From: Thermodesulfobacteriota bacterium
GTDB taxonomy: Bacteria; Desulfobacterota; Desulfobulbia; Desulfobulbales; SURF-16
DNA length: 20,683 nucleotides
NCBI GenBank assembly: GCA_039715015.1
Contig: JBDLIE010000047.1
Span: 1 to 20,683, forward strand
Reading direction: 5' to 3'
In this document: positions 1 to 8,197 of the stretch, piece by piece
Numbering within the stretch: position 1 is the first letter of the stretch
Layout of the letters: each line of letters starts with the position of its first letter
Made by a program: the position numbers and the translations under genes
The notes under the pieces: model-generated
The model's database searches: none
What the model was told of the DNA's origin: nothing
Seen by the model: the letters and a program-made list of their open reading frames with translations, nothing else

Positions 1-431
1 GCATCGGTATCATCACAGTCAACCGGACCACATCCGCCGCCTTCTACAGCGTAGGTGTCGCCATCGTTGTCAGTACAGGTCGGTGCGACAACACAGCCCT
101 CATCGACAACGCCGTCACAGGTGTTGTCCAGGCCGTCGCCGCAGATTTCAGCAGCGCCCGGGTTTACTGTTGCATCGGTATCGTCACAGTCAACCGGACC
201 ACATCCGCCGCCTTCTACAGCATAGGTGTCGCCATCGTTGTCAGTACAGAGGGGCGGGCAGCCCACGGCATCGCCATCTTCGGCGTCGATAAGATTATCG
301 CAGTCATTATCTAAACCGTCGGAGCAGTTTTCAGCAGCACCTGGGTTAATGGCAGGATCGCCATCATTACAATCCACCGGGCCGCAATCGCCGCCTTCTA
401 CAGCGAAGGTATCGCCGTCGCTATCGGTACA
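1..431 (-). repeat. Intragenic tandem repeat: units of 183 bp (431-249) and 171 bp (248-78) plus a truncated third unit (77-1); six Cys per full unit
   Basis: nt 1-78 and 172-249 match at 76 of 78 positions. The unit starting at 431 is a more diverged copy. Confidence 0.95.
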
Positions 432-680
432 GGTCGGGCCGGAGGGAGAGGGACAAAAGAAGTCTGTTAAGTTTGTGCCGCCGGCTAAATATGCATCTTT
501 GGCAGCTGTTGGGTCACCGAAACTCACACCATGGCAAAGGCCACAGTCTCCTACATAGGGTTGGAGTGGAGTACAGGAAACATTAACTTCATCCCCGAAA
601 TTGCCAAAGGCATAACAGCTTGAAATTGACAAAAAGAATGCGCCTGTCAGCGCAAAAAGAAAAGATAGATTTTTCTTCAA
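1..680 (-). CDS. Secreted (or lipoprotein) c-type heme-motif protein with tandem Cys/Asp-rich putative metal-binding (MopE-like, PF11617-type) repeats; 3' end lies outside the window
   Basis: Manual minus-strand translation from TTG at 680, with GAGG about 8 nt upstream, is open to the window edge: MKKNLSFLFALTGAFFLSISSCYAFGNFGDEVNVSCTPLQPYVGDCGLCHGVSFGDPTAAKDAYLAGGTNLTDFFCPSPSGPTCTDSDGDTFAVEGGDCGPVDCNDGDPAINPGAAENCSDGLDNDCDNLIDAEDGDAVGCPPLCTDNDGDTYAVEGGGCGPVDCDDTDATVNPGAAEICGDGLDNTCDGVVDEGCVVAPTCTDNDGDTYAVEGGGCGPVDCDDTD. It has a basic-then-hydrophobic N-terminus, CGLCH at nt 545-531, and DCxDxDxxxNPGAxExCxDGxDNxCD repeats. Confidence 0.9.
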   Translation of the reverse strand, partial: MKKNLSFLFALTGAFFLSISSCYAFGNFGDEVNVSCTPLQPYVGDCGLCHGVSFGDPTAAKDAYLAGGTNLTDFFCPSPSGPTCTDSDGDTFAVEGGDCGPVDCNDGDPAINPGAAENCSDGLDNDCDNLIDAEDGDAVGCPPLCTDNDGDTYAVEGGGCGPVDCDDTDATVNPGAAEICGDGLDNTCDGVVDEGCVVAPTCTDNDGDTYAVEGGGCGPVDCDDTD

Positions 681-1474
681 TTTAACTTCCTCATTTAAGT
701 AGTACGTTTTGTTACTGAGCAAAAGCAAAGCACTTTGTCTTAGACCAAGCCTTGCTTTCAGATAGTCGTGAGTCGAAACTTTGAATTAGTCGCAGGTCGA
801 TATTGCTAAACTTATCGATCCCTGAATAATGCTCTCATTAAATTCTAATGAAAATGAACCTAACTTCAGTAGGTTAGATCATATAAAATAAATTCCTCCA
901 TGAAATATTATTAAGCAATCAGTTAAGTGCTACACCTCAACGTAGACATGGGCAAAAAAAATTAGTTCTGTATTTTTTTGGTGCCTAACAAGCTGTTTTT
1001 TGGGATAAAAATAAAAGCTATAATTTTCGGAAAGTTAAGGGCATGGGGGGGAGAAGCATGGATGGAGCAACATGAATGAACATTGCAAATGAGGTGGCTA
1101 TCTTGACAAAAAAAGCGAAATTCCAGAGAAACTATGACTTAATCATCCAAACCGTTTTTCTCAATCCTGAAGTCAGGTTTATGGCACCGCTGGCGATACA
1201 ACGGCCACCACGGCGGTCATCCAGCTCAGCCGCCTATCGTCTTGCTCTCTTCGTGTGACAGGAGTTGTCCGGGCGATGATCGGTTTGTGGAAAAGGTGCT
1301 CCTGCGGCAACCCATGCCAGAAAGGCAAGCGATGAGGCTGTAATCAAATATGCATGGAAACAATGCGGGTAACAGAATGGCTTGCTTAATACCACGCTAG
1401 GCCCACGGGCTTCTGGTTTGCTGTACGCTTTGTCCCAGGCCTTGTAGGGTCAATTGCCTGCTCGGGGCGGCAGG

Positions 1475-2620
1475 TTACGGCAAGACGCCCCGCTGCCGGA
1501 AAGGCCGGTAAAGGGGGTCGCCAATGAGCACCATCTTCCAGGAGATGGAGGGCAGGCTGAGCTGGTAGGCCTCCACCAGAGTGAAGTCCCCGTCCAGCAA
1601 TAGGGAGAAGAAGAGCTGCGGGAAAGGAAAAGCCTGAATATAGGGTTCGCCCACCGGGCCGATGGTGGCAGCCACACCATCCTCCAGCAGCCGTTTGCAC
1701 CATACCTGGCTCCCCTCTTGCTTGAGGGTGGTGCACTCGCCACTGGCGATGTGGTAGGCAATGGCGCCCTGCTGCCAGTCAAAGGCGTCAATATACTGGC
1801 CCAGGCTGTACCAGCCGCAGTAAAGGGCGGCCTGGGGCGCCTCGCCTCGTTGAAATAAACCTTCCTTGTCATCAACTACCGTGGCCAGCACCTTGGCTGT
1901 GGCCTCAGAGGCCTGATGGATTGCCCGGTCATAAATACGGTAGCCGTTCAGCAGCTGCTCTTCATTCGGCGGCCGGGGCCAGCGTGCATCAAAATAGGCG
2001 CTGCCTGATAGCCCATTACGTTCGGCAACCAGACTGTCGGTGATTATCCGCTTCACCGTGGCCGGTTCAGGGCCATCCAGGCGGGCCACCATGAGCACCT
2101 GGCCCTTGCTGAATCTTGTTTTTTTCTTTTGGAATTGGTTGAAATAGGGATTGGGCAGCCAGCCCTCGATGGTATAGTCAGCCACCTTGACCAGACTGAG
2201 CTCCGAATCCACCGAGGCCACCGGGTCGTGCCTTCGCCTGTTGGGGTGGTTTTGGTCTGCAATCATAACCCCATCGATGCGCAGGGGCAGACCGTAGATA
2301 AGAACCAGGCAGCTGATACCTGGTTTGCCGGATAGAAAAGCTCTCGTTGGCGCGGCAATCTCTTTCTCGTAAGTCTCTCGGTCACACCCTTCTTCACTGC
2401 CGGTCTCCAGAAGCAGCAGGTTCTTTTTCGGAATTTGGCGCTGTTCCATGTAAAAACGGGCAAGCTCCACACTTTCGGCAAGCCGGCCATTGGCCAGCAC
2501 CACGATCTCGTCCACTTCCAGCCCCTGGGCCTGGCAGGGCAGGAAAAGGGCAAGAAGCATTACAAAGAGCTTGCCCCATCCCGCCATGCCGAGAATATTT
2601 TGTGGAGATGAAAAGAACAA
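1475..2620 (-). CDS. TIGR03790 family protein (secreted; family co-occurs with exosortase)
   Basis: Motifs VVLAN..S.ELA.FY, LIYGLPLRI, ASVDSELSL, MVARLDGP, AYFDAR, LYCGWYS, GAIAYHIASGEC, ATIGPVGEPYIQAFP and IGDPLYRPF. Signal-peptide-like segment ending AQG. AGGAG lies 9 nt upstream of TTG 2620; ATG 2587 is an alternative start. Confidence 0.88.
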   Translation of the reverse strand: MFFSSPQNILGMAGWGKLFVMLLALFLPCQAQGLEVDEIVVLANGRLAESVELARFYMEQRQIPKKNLLLLETGSEEGCDRETYEKEIAAPTRAFLSGKPGISCLVLIYGLPLRIDGVMIADQNHPNRRRHDPVASVDSELSLVKVADYTIEGWLPNPYFNQFQKKKTRFSKGQVLMVARLDGPEPATVKRIITDSLVAERNGLSGSAYFDARWPRPPNEEQLLNGYRIYDRAIHQASEATAKVLATVVDDKEGLFQRGEAPQAALYCGWYSLGQYIDAFDWQQGAIAYHIASGECTTLKQEGSQVWCKRLLEDGVAATIGPVGEPYIQAFPFPQLFFSLLLDGDFTLVEAYQLSLPSISWKMVLIGDPLYRPFRQRGVLP

Positions 2621-2912
2621 AGTGGATGTCTCCTAATTTTTTGCTTTAGTCTCAGGTGAAATTGGCATGACTGGCTTTAGAATACATTGCAGTCTCCTCA
2701 ACGAGTCAAGCCCCAAAATAAAATAATCTTCTATTTAAAAGGGGCTGAACGTGTTGCCATACCATTTCTTTAGTGAAAGTCGTGGAGACAGTTTGTCTGC
2801 TATAGGGACCATTGCAAAAGGACATTTCTATGGTATTAATTTTCTATTATGCACGACAACGCCGACTAGAATGTCCAGGAGTAATCTGTCATCTTACTTC
2901 ATCTGAGCGAAT

Positions 2913-3602
2913 ATGATCACCCCCCCAAAAAGCCCCATCCACAGTTTTTTTGAAAACCAGCTCTGGCAGCTGCTTGTCCTTGCATTTTTGTTTATCTCCT
3001 TTTCTTTTGGCTATGAATACCTGACCGTCCCTCAAGGCTCCTGGTTTGGCCTGACCACTAAGCAGTGGTTTTGGGTAGCGCTGGTTTCGCCGATCATTCA
3101 CCAGACCTATATCTGGCTCTGTTGGCGGGGGGAGCTTTATTTTAAAACGGTGACCAGAGTTTTCGGCCGCCCTGGTTTTCAGATTTTTTCCCTGGGCTTC
3201 GCTCTACTGATTTTTGTCAGGTTTTTTTCGATTGTCGCGGTCTGCCTTGCCGACTACCAGAGTTTTGCCATTCCGGCAGCTGTCCGCTTTCCCCTGGCTT
3301 TTTTCCTCCATCTGCCCGCTCTCTATGCCATTTATTCCGTGATCAGATATTTTGGAATAAGGAGAATCCCCGGCGAGGACCATTTCAGACCCGAGGAGTA
3401 TAGGGGGAAGGCATTTGTCAGACAGGGAATGTATAGATACTCATCAAACGTAATGTACGTTTATATAGGTCTGCTTTTCGTGGCCACGGCTGTATTGTGC
3501 GCCTCAAAGGCCGGTTTGTTGATCACCCTCTATATGTATGCCACCGTTTGGACCCATTATTTCTGCACCGAAAAACCCGATATCAGATACATCTATTCAT
3601 AA
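2913..3602 (+). CDS. Integral membrane SAM-dependent methyltransferase, PEMT/ICMT-like family
   Basis: 229 aa with 5-6 hydrophobic segments. The G-x-DHF...FVRQGMYRYSSNVMY segment resembles the 'LVxxGxYxxxRNPMY' motif, followed by a C-terminal TE.P. Confidence 0.72.
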   Translation: MITPPKSPIHSFFENQLWQLLVLAFLFISFSFGYEYLTVPQGSWFGLTTKQWFWVALVSPIIHQTYIWLCWRGELYFKTVTRVFGRPGFQIFSLGFALLIFVRFFSIVAVCLADYQSFAIPAAVRFPLAFFLHLPALYAIYSVIRYFGIRRIPGEDHFRPEEYRGKAFVRQGMYRYSSNVMYVYIGLLFVATAVLCASKAGLLITLYMYATVWTHYFCTEKPDIRYIYS

Positions 3603-3676
3603 ATAAATGTTACCATCATAACATCTGGGCCTTTATCGGTTCTTTGATAATATAGGGGATTCGCGGGATACCTTTT

Positions 3677-4618
3677 ATGCCACCATCGTATCTGAAACTG
3701 TATGCATCCGGGGAACTCAGGCAACGGGCTGATCAGGCCCATGAGCTTCTGGCATCTTGCCGGCTCTGTCCCAGAGACTGCAAGGTCAATCGCCTGGCCG
3801 GAGAAACAGGGTTTTGTAAGACTGGTACGCGGGCCGTGGTGGCGAGCTATGAACCTCATTTTGGTGAGGAAACACCTCTGTCCGGGGTGGCAGGTTCCGG
3901 CACCATATTTTTCAGCCACTGCAATCTGGGCTGCGTTTTTTGTCAAAATTACGAAATTAGTCATGGTGAGGCAGGGGTCAAGGTGGATAGCAGCCAGCTT
4001 GCAGCCATGATGGTCAGCCTCCAGAAGCAGGGCTGTCATAACATTAATTTCGTTACTCCAAGTCATGTTATCCCCCAGATCCTGGCCGCCCTTGTCCTGG
4101 CCTGTGAGCGGGGGCTGACAATTCCCTTAGTCTATAATTCCAGCGGTTATGACAGTGTTAAGTCTTTGCTGCTTCTTGCAGGCGTTGTGGATATCTATAT
4201 GCCTGATTTTAAGTTCAGCGATTGCCAATCAGCTAAAAGGTTTTGCAAGGCCGCAGATTATCCGGACGTGGCTAAGCAAGCTATCAGAGAGATGTTTCGG
4301 CAGGTGGGTGATCTTGAACTTGACAGCCAGGGCCTTGCCCTTCGGGGGCTCTTGGTCCGCCATCTTGTTATGCCGGGCGGTCTTAATGAGGCGGAGGAGA
4401 TTTTTGATTTTTTGGCCGGATTATCCCCGGATATCTATCTCAATGTTATGGAACAATATCACCCCTGTTTTCATGCTGCAGAATATCCTCCGCTGGATAA
4501 GCCCTTAGCTCCGGGGGAATTTGAGCAGGCCAAGCAGGCAGCCAGGATGAGAGGTTTGCATCGACTGGAGGAAGGAGGCATGGAACGGCTTCTTGCCCGC
4601 TTTTTGAGTGGTAAATAA
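3677..4618 (+). CDS. Radical SAM protein, PflX (COG1313) type
   Basis: N-terminal CRLCPRDC..GFC, then PHFGEE..L.G..GSGTIFF, radical SAM CxxxCxxC (CNLGCVFC), INFVTPSH, DIYMPDFKF and LVRHLVMPG. Confidence 0.9.
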   Translation: MPPSYLKLYASGELRQRADQAHELLASCRLCPRDCKVNRLAGETGFCKTGTRAVVASYEPHFGEETPLSGVAGSGTIFFSHCNLGCVFCQNYEISHGEAGVKVDSSQLAAMMVSLQKQGCHNINFVTPSHVIPQILAALVLACERGLTIPLVYNSSGYDSVKSLLLLAGVVDIYMPDFKFSDCQSAKRFCKAADYPDVAKQAIREMFRQVGDLELDSQGLALRGLLVRHLVMPGGLNEAEEIFDFLAGLSPDIYLNVMEQYHPCFHAAEYPPLDKPLAPGEFEQAKQAARMRGLHRLEEGGMERLLARFLSGK

Positions 4619-4732
4619 AGGTCATCTCACCTTGCATTGGGTATGATTTTTCCAAAGCCCTTTAAAAAAATGGCAAGCTGTTTTATGATGGTTGTCCGTA
4701 TTAATACCTGCGAGATGTCTGGGAGAATGTGC

Positions 4733-5383
4733 ATGAAAGTAGTAAGACGTTTTTGCGGCACCTCCGTGGGGCGCAAGTACATAATGGCCCTGAGCGGTGC
4801 TGGCTTGGCCATATTTTTGGTGGTTCACTTGCTGGGGAATACCTCGATCTTTTTTGGGGCCCAAGCCTTTAACAGCTATGCTGAACACATGCACGGCCTG
4901 GGGCCTTTGGTGAGCGTGGCAGAGGTTGTCCTCTTACTTTTTTTTCTGGTTCATATTAGTTTTGGCGCCACTCTTTTTATCCGAAATTCTCTGGCCAGGT
5001 CCTCGCGTTACGAGGTGAACCGCTCTTCTGGTGGCCGTACTCCGGGATCCCGTACCATGTTTTATTCCGGTCTGATGGTTCTGGTCCTGGTTATTTTTCA
5101 TCTCTTTACAGTCCATTTTGCCAATCACCCAGGTCCGATCAGTGCTCTGATCCGCAGCGAGTTTGCCAGTTTGCCGGTGTCTCTTTTTTATATAGTCGGT
5201 CTGGCCGCTGTTGGTCTCCATCTCAGCCACGGTCTGTGGAGCATCTGGCAAAGTTTAGGGGTTAATCATCCCCTCTACGACCTGACCCTTGATAGGGGAG
5301 CCTTGCTGGGTGCCGTGGTCATTGCCGGGCTGTTTATGGTGTTTCCTATTCTTGGTTTACTTTGGGATGGATTTTTGCGCTAA
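4733..5383 (+). CDS. sdhC: Succinate dehydrogenase/fumarate reductase cytochrome b subunit (single membrane anchor, b558 family)
   Basis: Motifs SVGRKYIMALSG..FLVVHLLGN, FN.YA, SRTM..SG, HL, and HLSHG.WS..QSLG. Five hydrophobic helices carry conserved His residues. Start moved from 4637 to ATG 4733, which has GGGAGA 6 nt upstream. Confidence 0.92.
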   Translation: MKVVRRFCGTSVGRKYIMALSGAGLAIFLVVHLLGNTSIFFGAQAFNSYAEHMHGLGPLVSVAEVVLLLFFLVHISFGATLFIRNSLARSSRYEVNRSSGGRTPGSRTMFYSGLMVLVLVIFHLFTVHFANHPGPISALIRSEFASLPVSLFYIVGLAAVGLHLSHGLWSIWQSLGVNHPLYDLTLDRGALLGAVVIAGLFMVFPILGLLWDGFLR

Positions 5384-5416
5384 TTAACTGGTTTAAATCA
5401 TTTTGTAGGTTTTTTT

Positions 5417-7327
5417 ATGATACTTGATGCCAAAATACCTGCCGGCAATCTGGCAGAAAAATGGGAGAGACATTGTTTTTCTTCCAAGCTTGTTAATCCG
5501 GCTAATAAACGCAAATACAAAATTATAGTCGTCGGTTCCGGATTGGCTGGAGCCTCGGCTGCCGCCACCCTGGCCGAGCTTGGCTATAATGTTCATTGTT
5601 TGACCATCCACGACAGCCCTCGGCGGGCTCATTCCATCGCAGCCCAGGGCGGGATTAATGCCGCCAAAAATTATCAAAATGACGGCGACTCGGTTTTTCG
5701 GCTTTTTTACGATACCATCAAGGGTGGTGATTTCCGGTCCCGAGAGGCCAACGTCTATCGCCTGGCGCAGCTCAGCAATAATATCATCGATCAATGCGTG
5801 GCCCAGGGTGTGCCTTTTGCCCGGGAGTATGGTGGCCAGCTGGCTAACCGTTCCTTTGGTGGCGCCCAGGTATCCCGTACCTTTTATGCCAGGGGGCAGA
5901 CCGGCCAGCAGCTCTTGCTTGGTGCCTACTCATCCCTTTCCAGGCAGGTGAAATTAGGCAAGGTTACCATGATGCCAAGGCGCGAGATGCTTGACCTGGT
6001 TGTTGAGGAAGGCCGGGCCAGGGGGATTGTGGTCCGCAATCTTATTAGCGGCGAGATTGAGTGTCATGGCGGCCATGCCGTGGTGTTGGCCACTGGCGGT
6101 TATGGTAATGCCTTTTATCTCTCCACCAATGCCATGGCCTCCAATGTGACGGCTGCCTTCCGGGCCTATAAACGCGGGGCCTGTTTCGCCAACCCGTGCT
6201 ATGTCCAGATTCATCCCACCTGTATTCCGGTCCATGGAGATTATCAGTCCAAACTCACCCTGATGAGCGAGAGCCTGCGTAATGACGGCCGGGTCTGGGT
6301 TCCTAAAAAAACTGGGGACAGCCGGCCTCCTGAGCAGATTCCAGAGTCTGAGCGCGATTATTATCTGGAGCAAAAATACCCGAGCTTCGGCAATCTAGTG
6401 CCTCGGGATGTCGCTTCCCGCAACGCCAAGGAGCAATGCGACCAAGGCAAGGGGGCCGGTGAAACTGGTCTTGCCGTCTATCTTGATTTCACTGAGGCCA
6501 TCAAGAGAGATGGCGAAGCAACCATCATTCGCAAGTATGGCAATCTCTTCCAGATGTATGAGAAGATTACAGCCAGCAACCCTATGCATACCCCCATGAT
6601 GATCTATCCGGCTGTCCATTACACCATGGGCGGCCTCTGGGTTGACTATAATTTGATGTCCAACATCCCTGGCCTTTTTGTTCTTGGCGAGGCCAATTTC
6701 TCCGATCATGGCGCCAATCGCCTGGGGGCCAGTGCTCTGATGCAGGGGCTTGCAGACGGTTATTTTGTCATCCCATCCACCATTGGCGGTTATCTGGCCG
6801 GCTGTTCCCATGACGATGTTGACACCGGTACCGATAGCTTCCAGAGCACCCGGCAGGAAGCAGATGGCTCTCTTAAGAAGCTGCTGGGTTTAAATGGAAA
6901 AAGGACGGTGGATGATTTTCACAAGGAGCTTGGTAAGTTGCTGTGGGACCATTGCGGCATGGCCCGCCATAAGGACGGGCTGGAACAGGCCCTGGCCAGA
7001 ATTCCAGAGATTAGAGGTGAATTCTGGGACAATGCCTATGTCAGCGGATCTGGCACTGAATTCAATCAGACCCTTGAAAAGGCGGGCCGGGTGGCGGATT
7101 TTCTTGAGTTTGCCGAACTTATGGTCCATGACGCCTTGCAGCGCCAAGAATCGTGTGGCTGCCATCTTCGCGAGGAGAGCCAGACCAAGGAGCATGAGGC
7201 CCTGCGTGACGATGAAAATTACTCCTACGTGTCAGCCTGGCAGTACCAGGGAGATGCTAAGCCCTTGTTGCACAAGGAGCCATTGTCTTTTGAAAATGTA
7301 GAGTTGACCAGTCGCAGCTACAAATAA
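5417..7327 (+). CDS. sdhA: Succinate dehydrogenase/fumarate reductase flavoprotein subunit
   Basis: GSGLAG FAD-binding motif, [13 protein letters not shown] (covalent-FAD His), [25 protein letters not shown] and ESCGCH.R. Confidence 0.97.
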   Translation: MILDAKIPAGNLAEKWERHCFSSKLVNPANKRKYKIIVVGSGLAGASAAATLAELGYNVHCLTIHDSPRRAHSIAAQGGINAAKNYQNDGDSVFRLFYDTIKGGDFRSREANVYRLAQLSNNIIDQCVAQGVPFAREYGGQLANRSFGGAQVSRTFYARGQTGQQLLLGAYSSLSRQVKLGKVTMMPRREMLDLVVEEGRARGIVVRNLISGEIECHGGHAVVLATGGYGNAFYLSTNAMASNVTAAFRAYKRGACFANPCYVQIHPTCIPVHGDYQSKLTLMSESLRNDGRVWVPKKTGDSRPPEQIPESERDYYLEQKYPSFGNLVPRDVASRNAKEQCDQGKGAGETGLAVYLDFTEAIKRDGEATIIRKYGNLFQMYEKITASNPMHTPMMIYPAVHYTMGGLWVDYNLMSNIPGLFVLGEANFSDHGANRLGASALMQGLADGYFVIPSTIGGYLAGCSHDDVDTGTDSFQSTRQEADGSLKKLLGLNGKRTVDDFHKELGKLLWDHCGMARHKDGLEQALARIPEIRGEFWDNAYVSGSGTEFNQTLEKAGRVADFLEFAELMVHDALQRQESCGCHLREESQTKEHEALRDDENYSYVSAWQYQGDAKPLLHKEPLSFENVELTSRSYK

Positions 7328-7340
7328 GTAGGTTTTTTTT

Positions 7341-8105
7341 ATGATGAGTTCCGGAACAATAAATCTGACCCTCAAGGTATGGCGCCAGGATAATAGTCGC
7401 GCGAGAGGCGCTTTAAGCACCTATACCCTGCGTAATATCTCCACGGACATGTCCTTTCTGGAGATGCTGGACGTTCTTAATGAGCAGCTCCTGCTCACCG
7501 GTGAAGAACCGGTGGCCTTTGACCATGACTGCCGGGAGGGAATCTGCGGCATGTGTGGTGCTGTGGTCAACGGTCAGCCCCACGGCCCAGAGAGAGAAAC
7601 AAGCCTTTGCCAGCTCCATATGCGTCATTTCAAGAGTGGCGATACCCTGGTTATTGAGCCTTTTCGAGCCCGGGCCTTCAAGGTTGTTAAGGATCTGGTG
7701 GTTGATCGTTCCTCTTTTGACACTATCATCCAGGCAGGAGGCTATGTGTCGGTGAATGCCGGTGGCGCCCCGGATGGCAATGCTCTTCCTATTTCCCAGC
7801 AGAATGCTGAACAGGCCATGGATGCCGCCGCCTGTATTGGCTGCGGAGCTTGTGTCGCCGCCTGTCCCAATGCTGCGGCCATGCTCTTTGTCAGTGGCAA
7901 AGTCTCCCAGCTCGCCCTTTTACCCCAGGGTCATCCGGAACGTAAAGAGCGGGCTTTGAACATGGTGAAGACCATGGACGATCTTGGTTTTGGTAATTGC
8001 ACGAACGAACGAGAGTGCGAGGCTGCCTGTCCCAAAGGTATTTCGATCAGGCACATCGCACGGCTTAATCGGGAATTTCTCAAAGCGGCGGTGACAGGCG
8101 AATAG
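7341..8105 (+). CDS. sdhB: Succinate dehydrogenase/fumarate reductase iron-sulfur subunit
   Basis: [10 protein letters not shown]...C ([2Fe-2S]), [12 protein letters not shown] ([4Fe-4S]) and [12 protein letters not shown] ([3Fe-4S]). Directly follows sdhA. Confidence 0.97.
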   Translation: MMSSGTINLTLKVWRQDNSRARGALSTYTLRNISTDMSFLEMLDVLNEQLLLTGEEPVAFDHDCREGICGMCGAVVNGQPHGPERETSLCQLHMRHFKSGDTLVIEPFRARAFKVVKDLVVDRSSFDTIIQAGGYVSVNAGGAPDGNALPISQQNAEQAMDAAACIGCGACVAACPNAAAMLFVSGKVSQLALLPQGHPERKERALNMVKTMDDLGFGNCTNERECEAACPKGISIRHIARLNREFLKAAVTGE

Positions 8106-8197
8106 ATCAGGAGCTGCCGAGAAAAAAAGGCCCTCATCTTTGACACCTGTCAAGAAGCAGGCCAAGCATTCTTAGCCGTTTTCATTATCTGGAAAAG

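Noticed and set aside
1..431. Direct repeats as a possible CRISPR array
   Set aside because: Unit lengths are multiples of three (171 and 183 bp), differences are synonymous, the repeats are far too long, and no cas genes are present. This is a coding repeat.
83..558. Plus-strand ORFs 83..292 and 226..558
   Set aside because: Antisense shadows of the real minus-strand heme/repeat gene. Their Arg/His- or Ser/Pro-rich composition is what the reverse frames of Asp/Gly/Cys codons produce.
735..765. Minus-strand GCAAGGCTTGGTCTAAG resembling the P2 arm of a c-di-GMP-I/GEMM riboswitch upstream of a cytochrome-like gene
   Set aside because: No GGCAAA..GAAA P1 arm and no downstream AYGRYAGC..GYYGC segment. 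The match is too short.
1076..1258. 60-aa ORF in the intergenic gap
   Set aside because: No recognisable family, and it spans a compositional boundary. It cannot be supported as a gene.
3677..4618. Radical SAM gene as a glycyl-radical activase or RiPP maturase
   Set aside because: Motifs fit the PflX family. There is no glycyl-radical enzyme, SPASM domain or precursor peptide in the window.
4637..4732. N-terminal extension of sdhC given by the ORF track
   Set aside because: Family similarity begins near MKVV..TSVGRK and a good RBS precedes ATG 4733. The upstream part is more likely promoter or leader.
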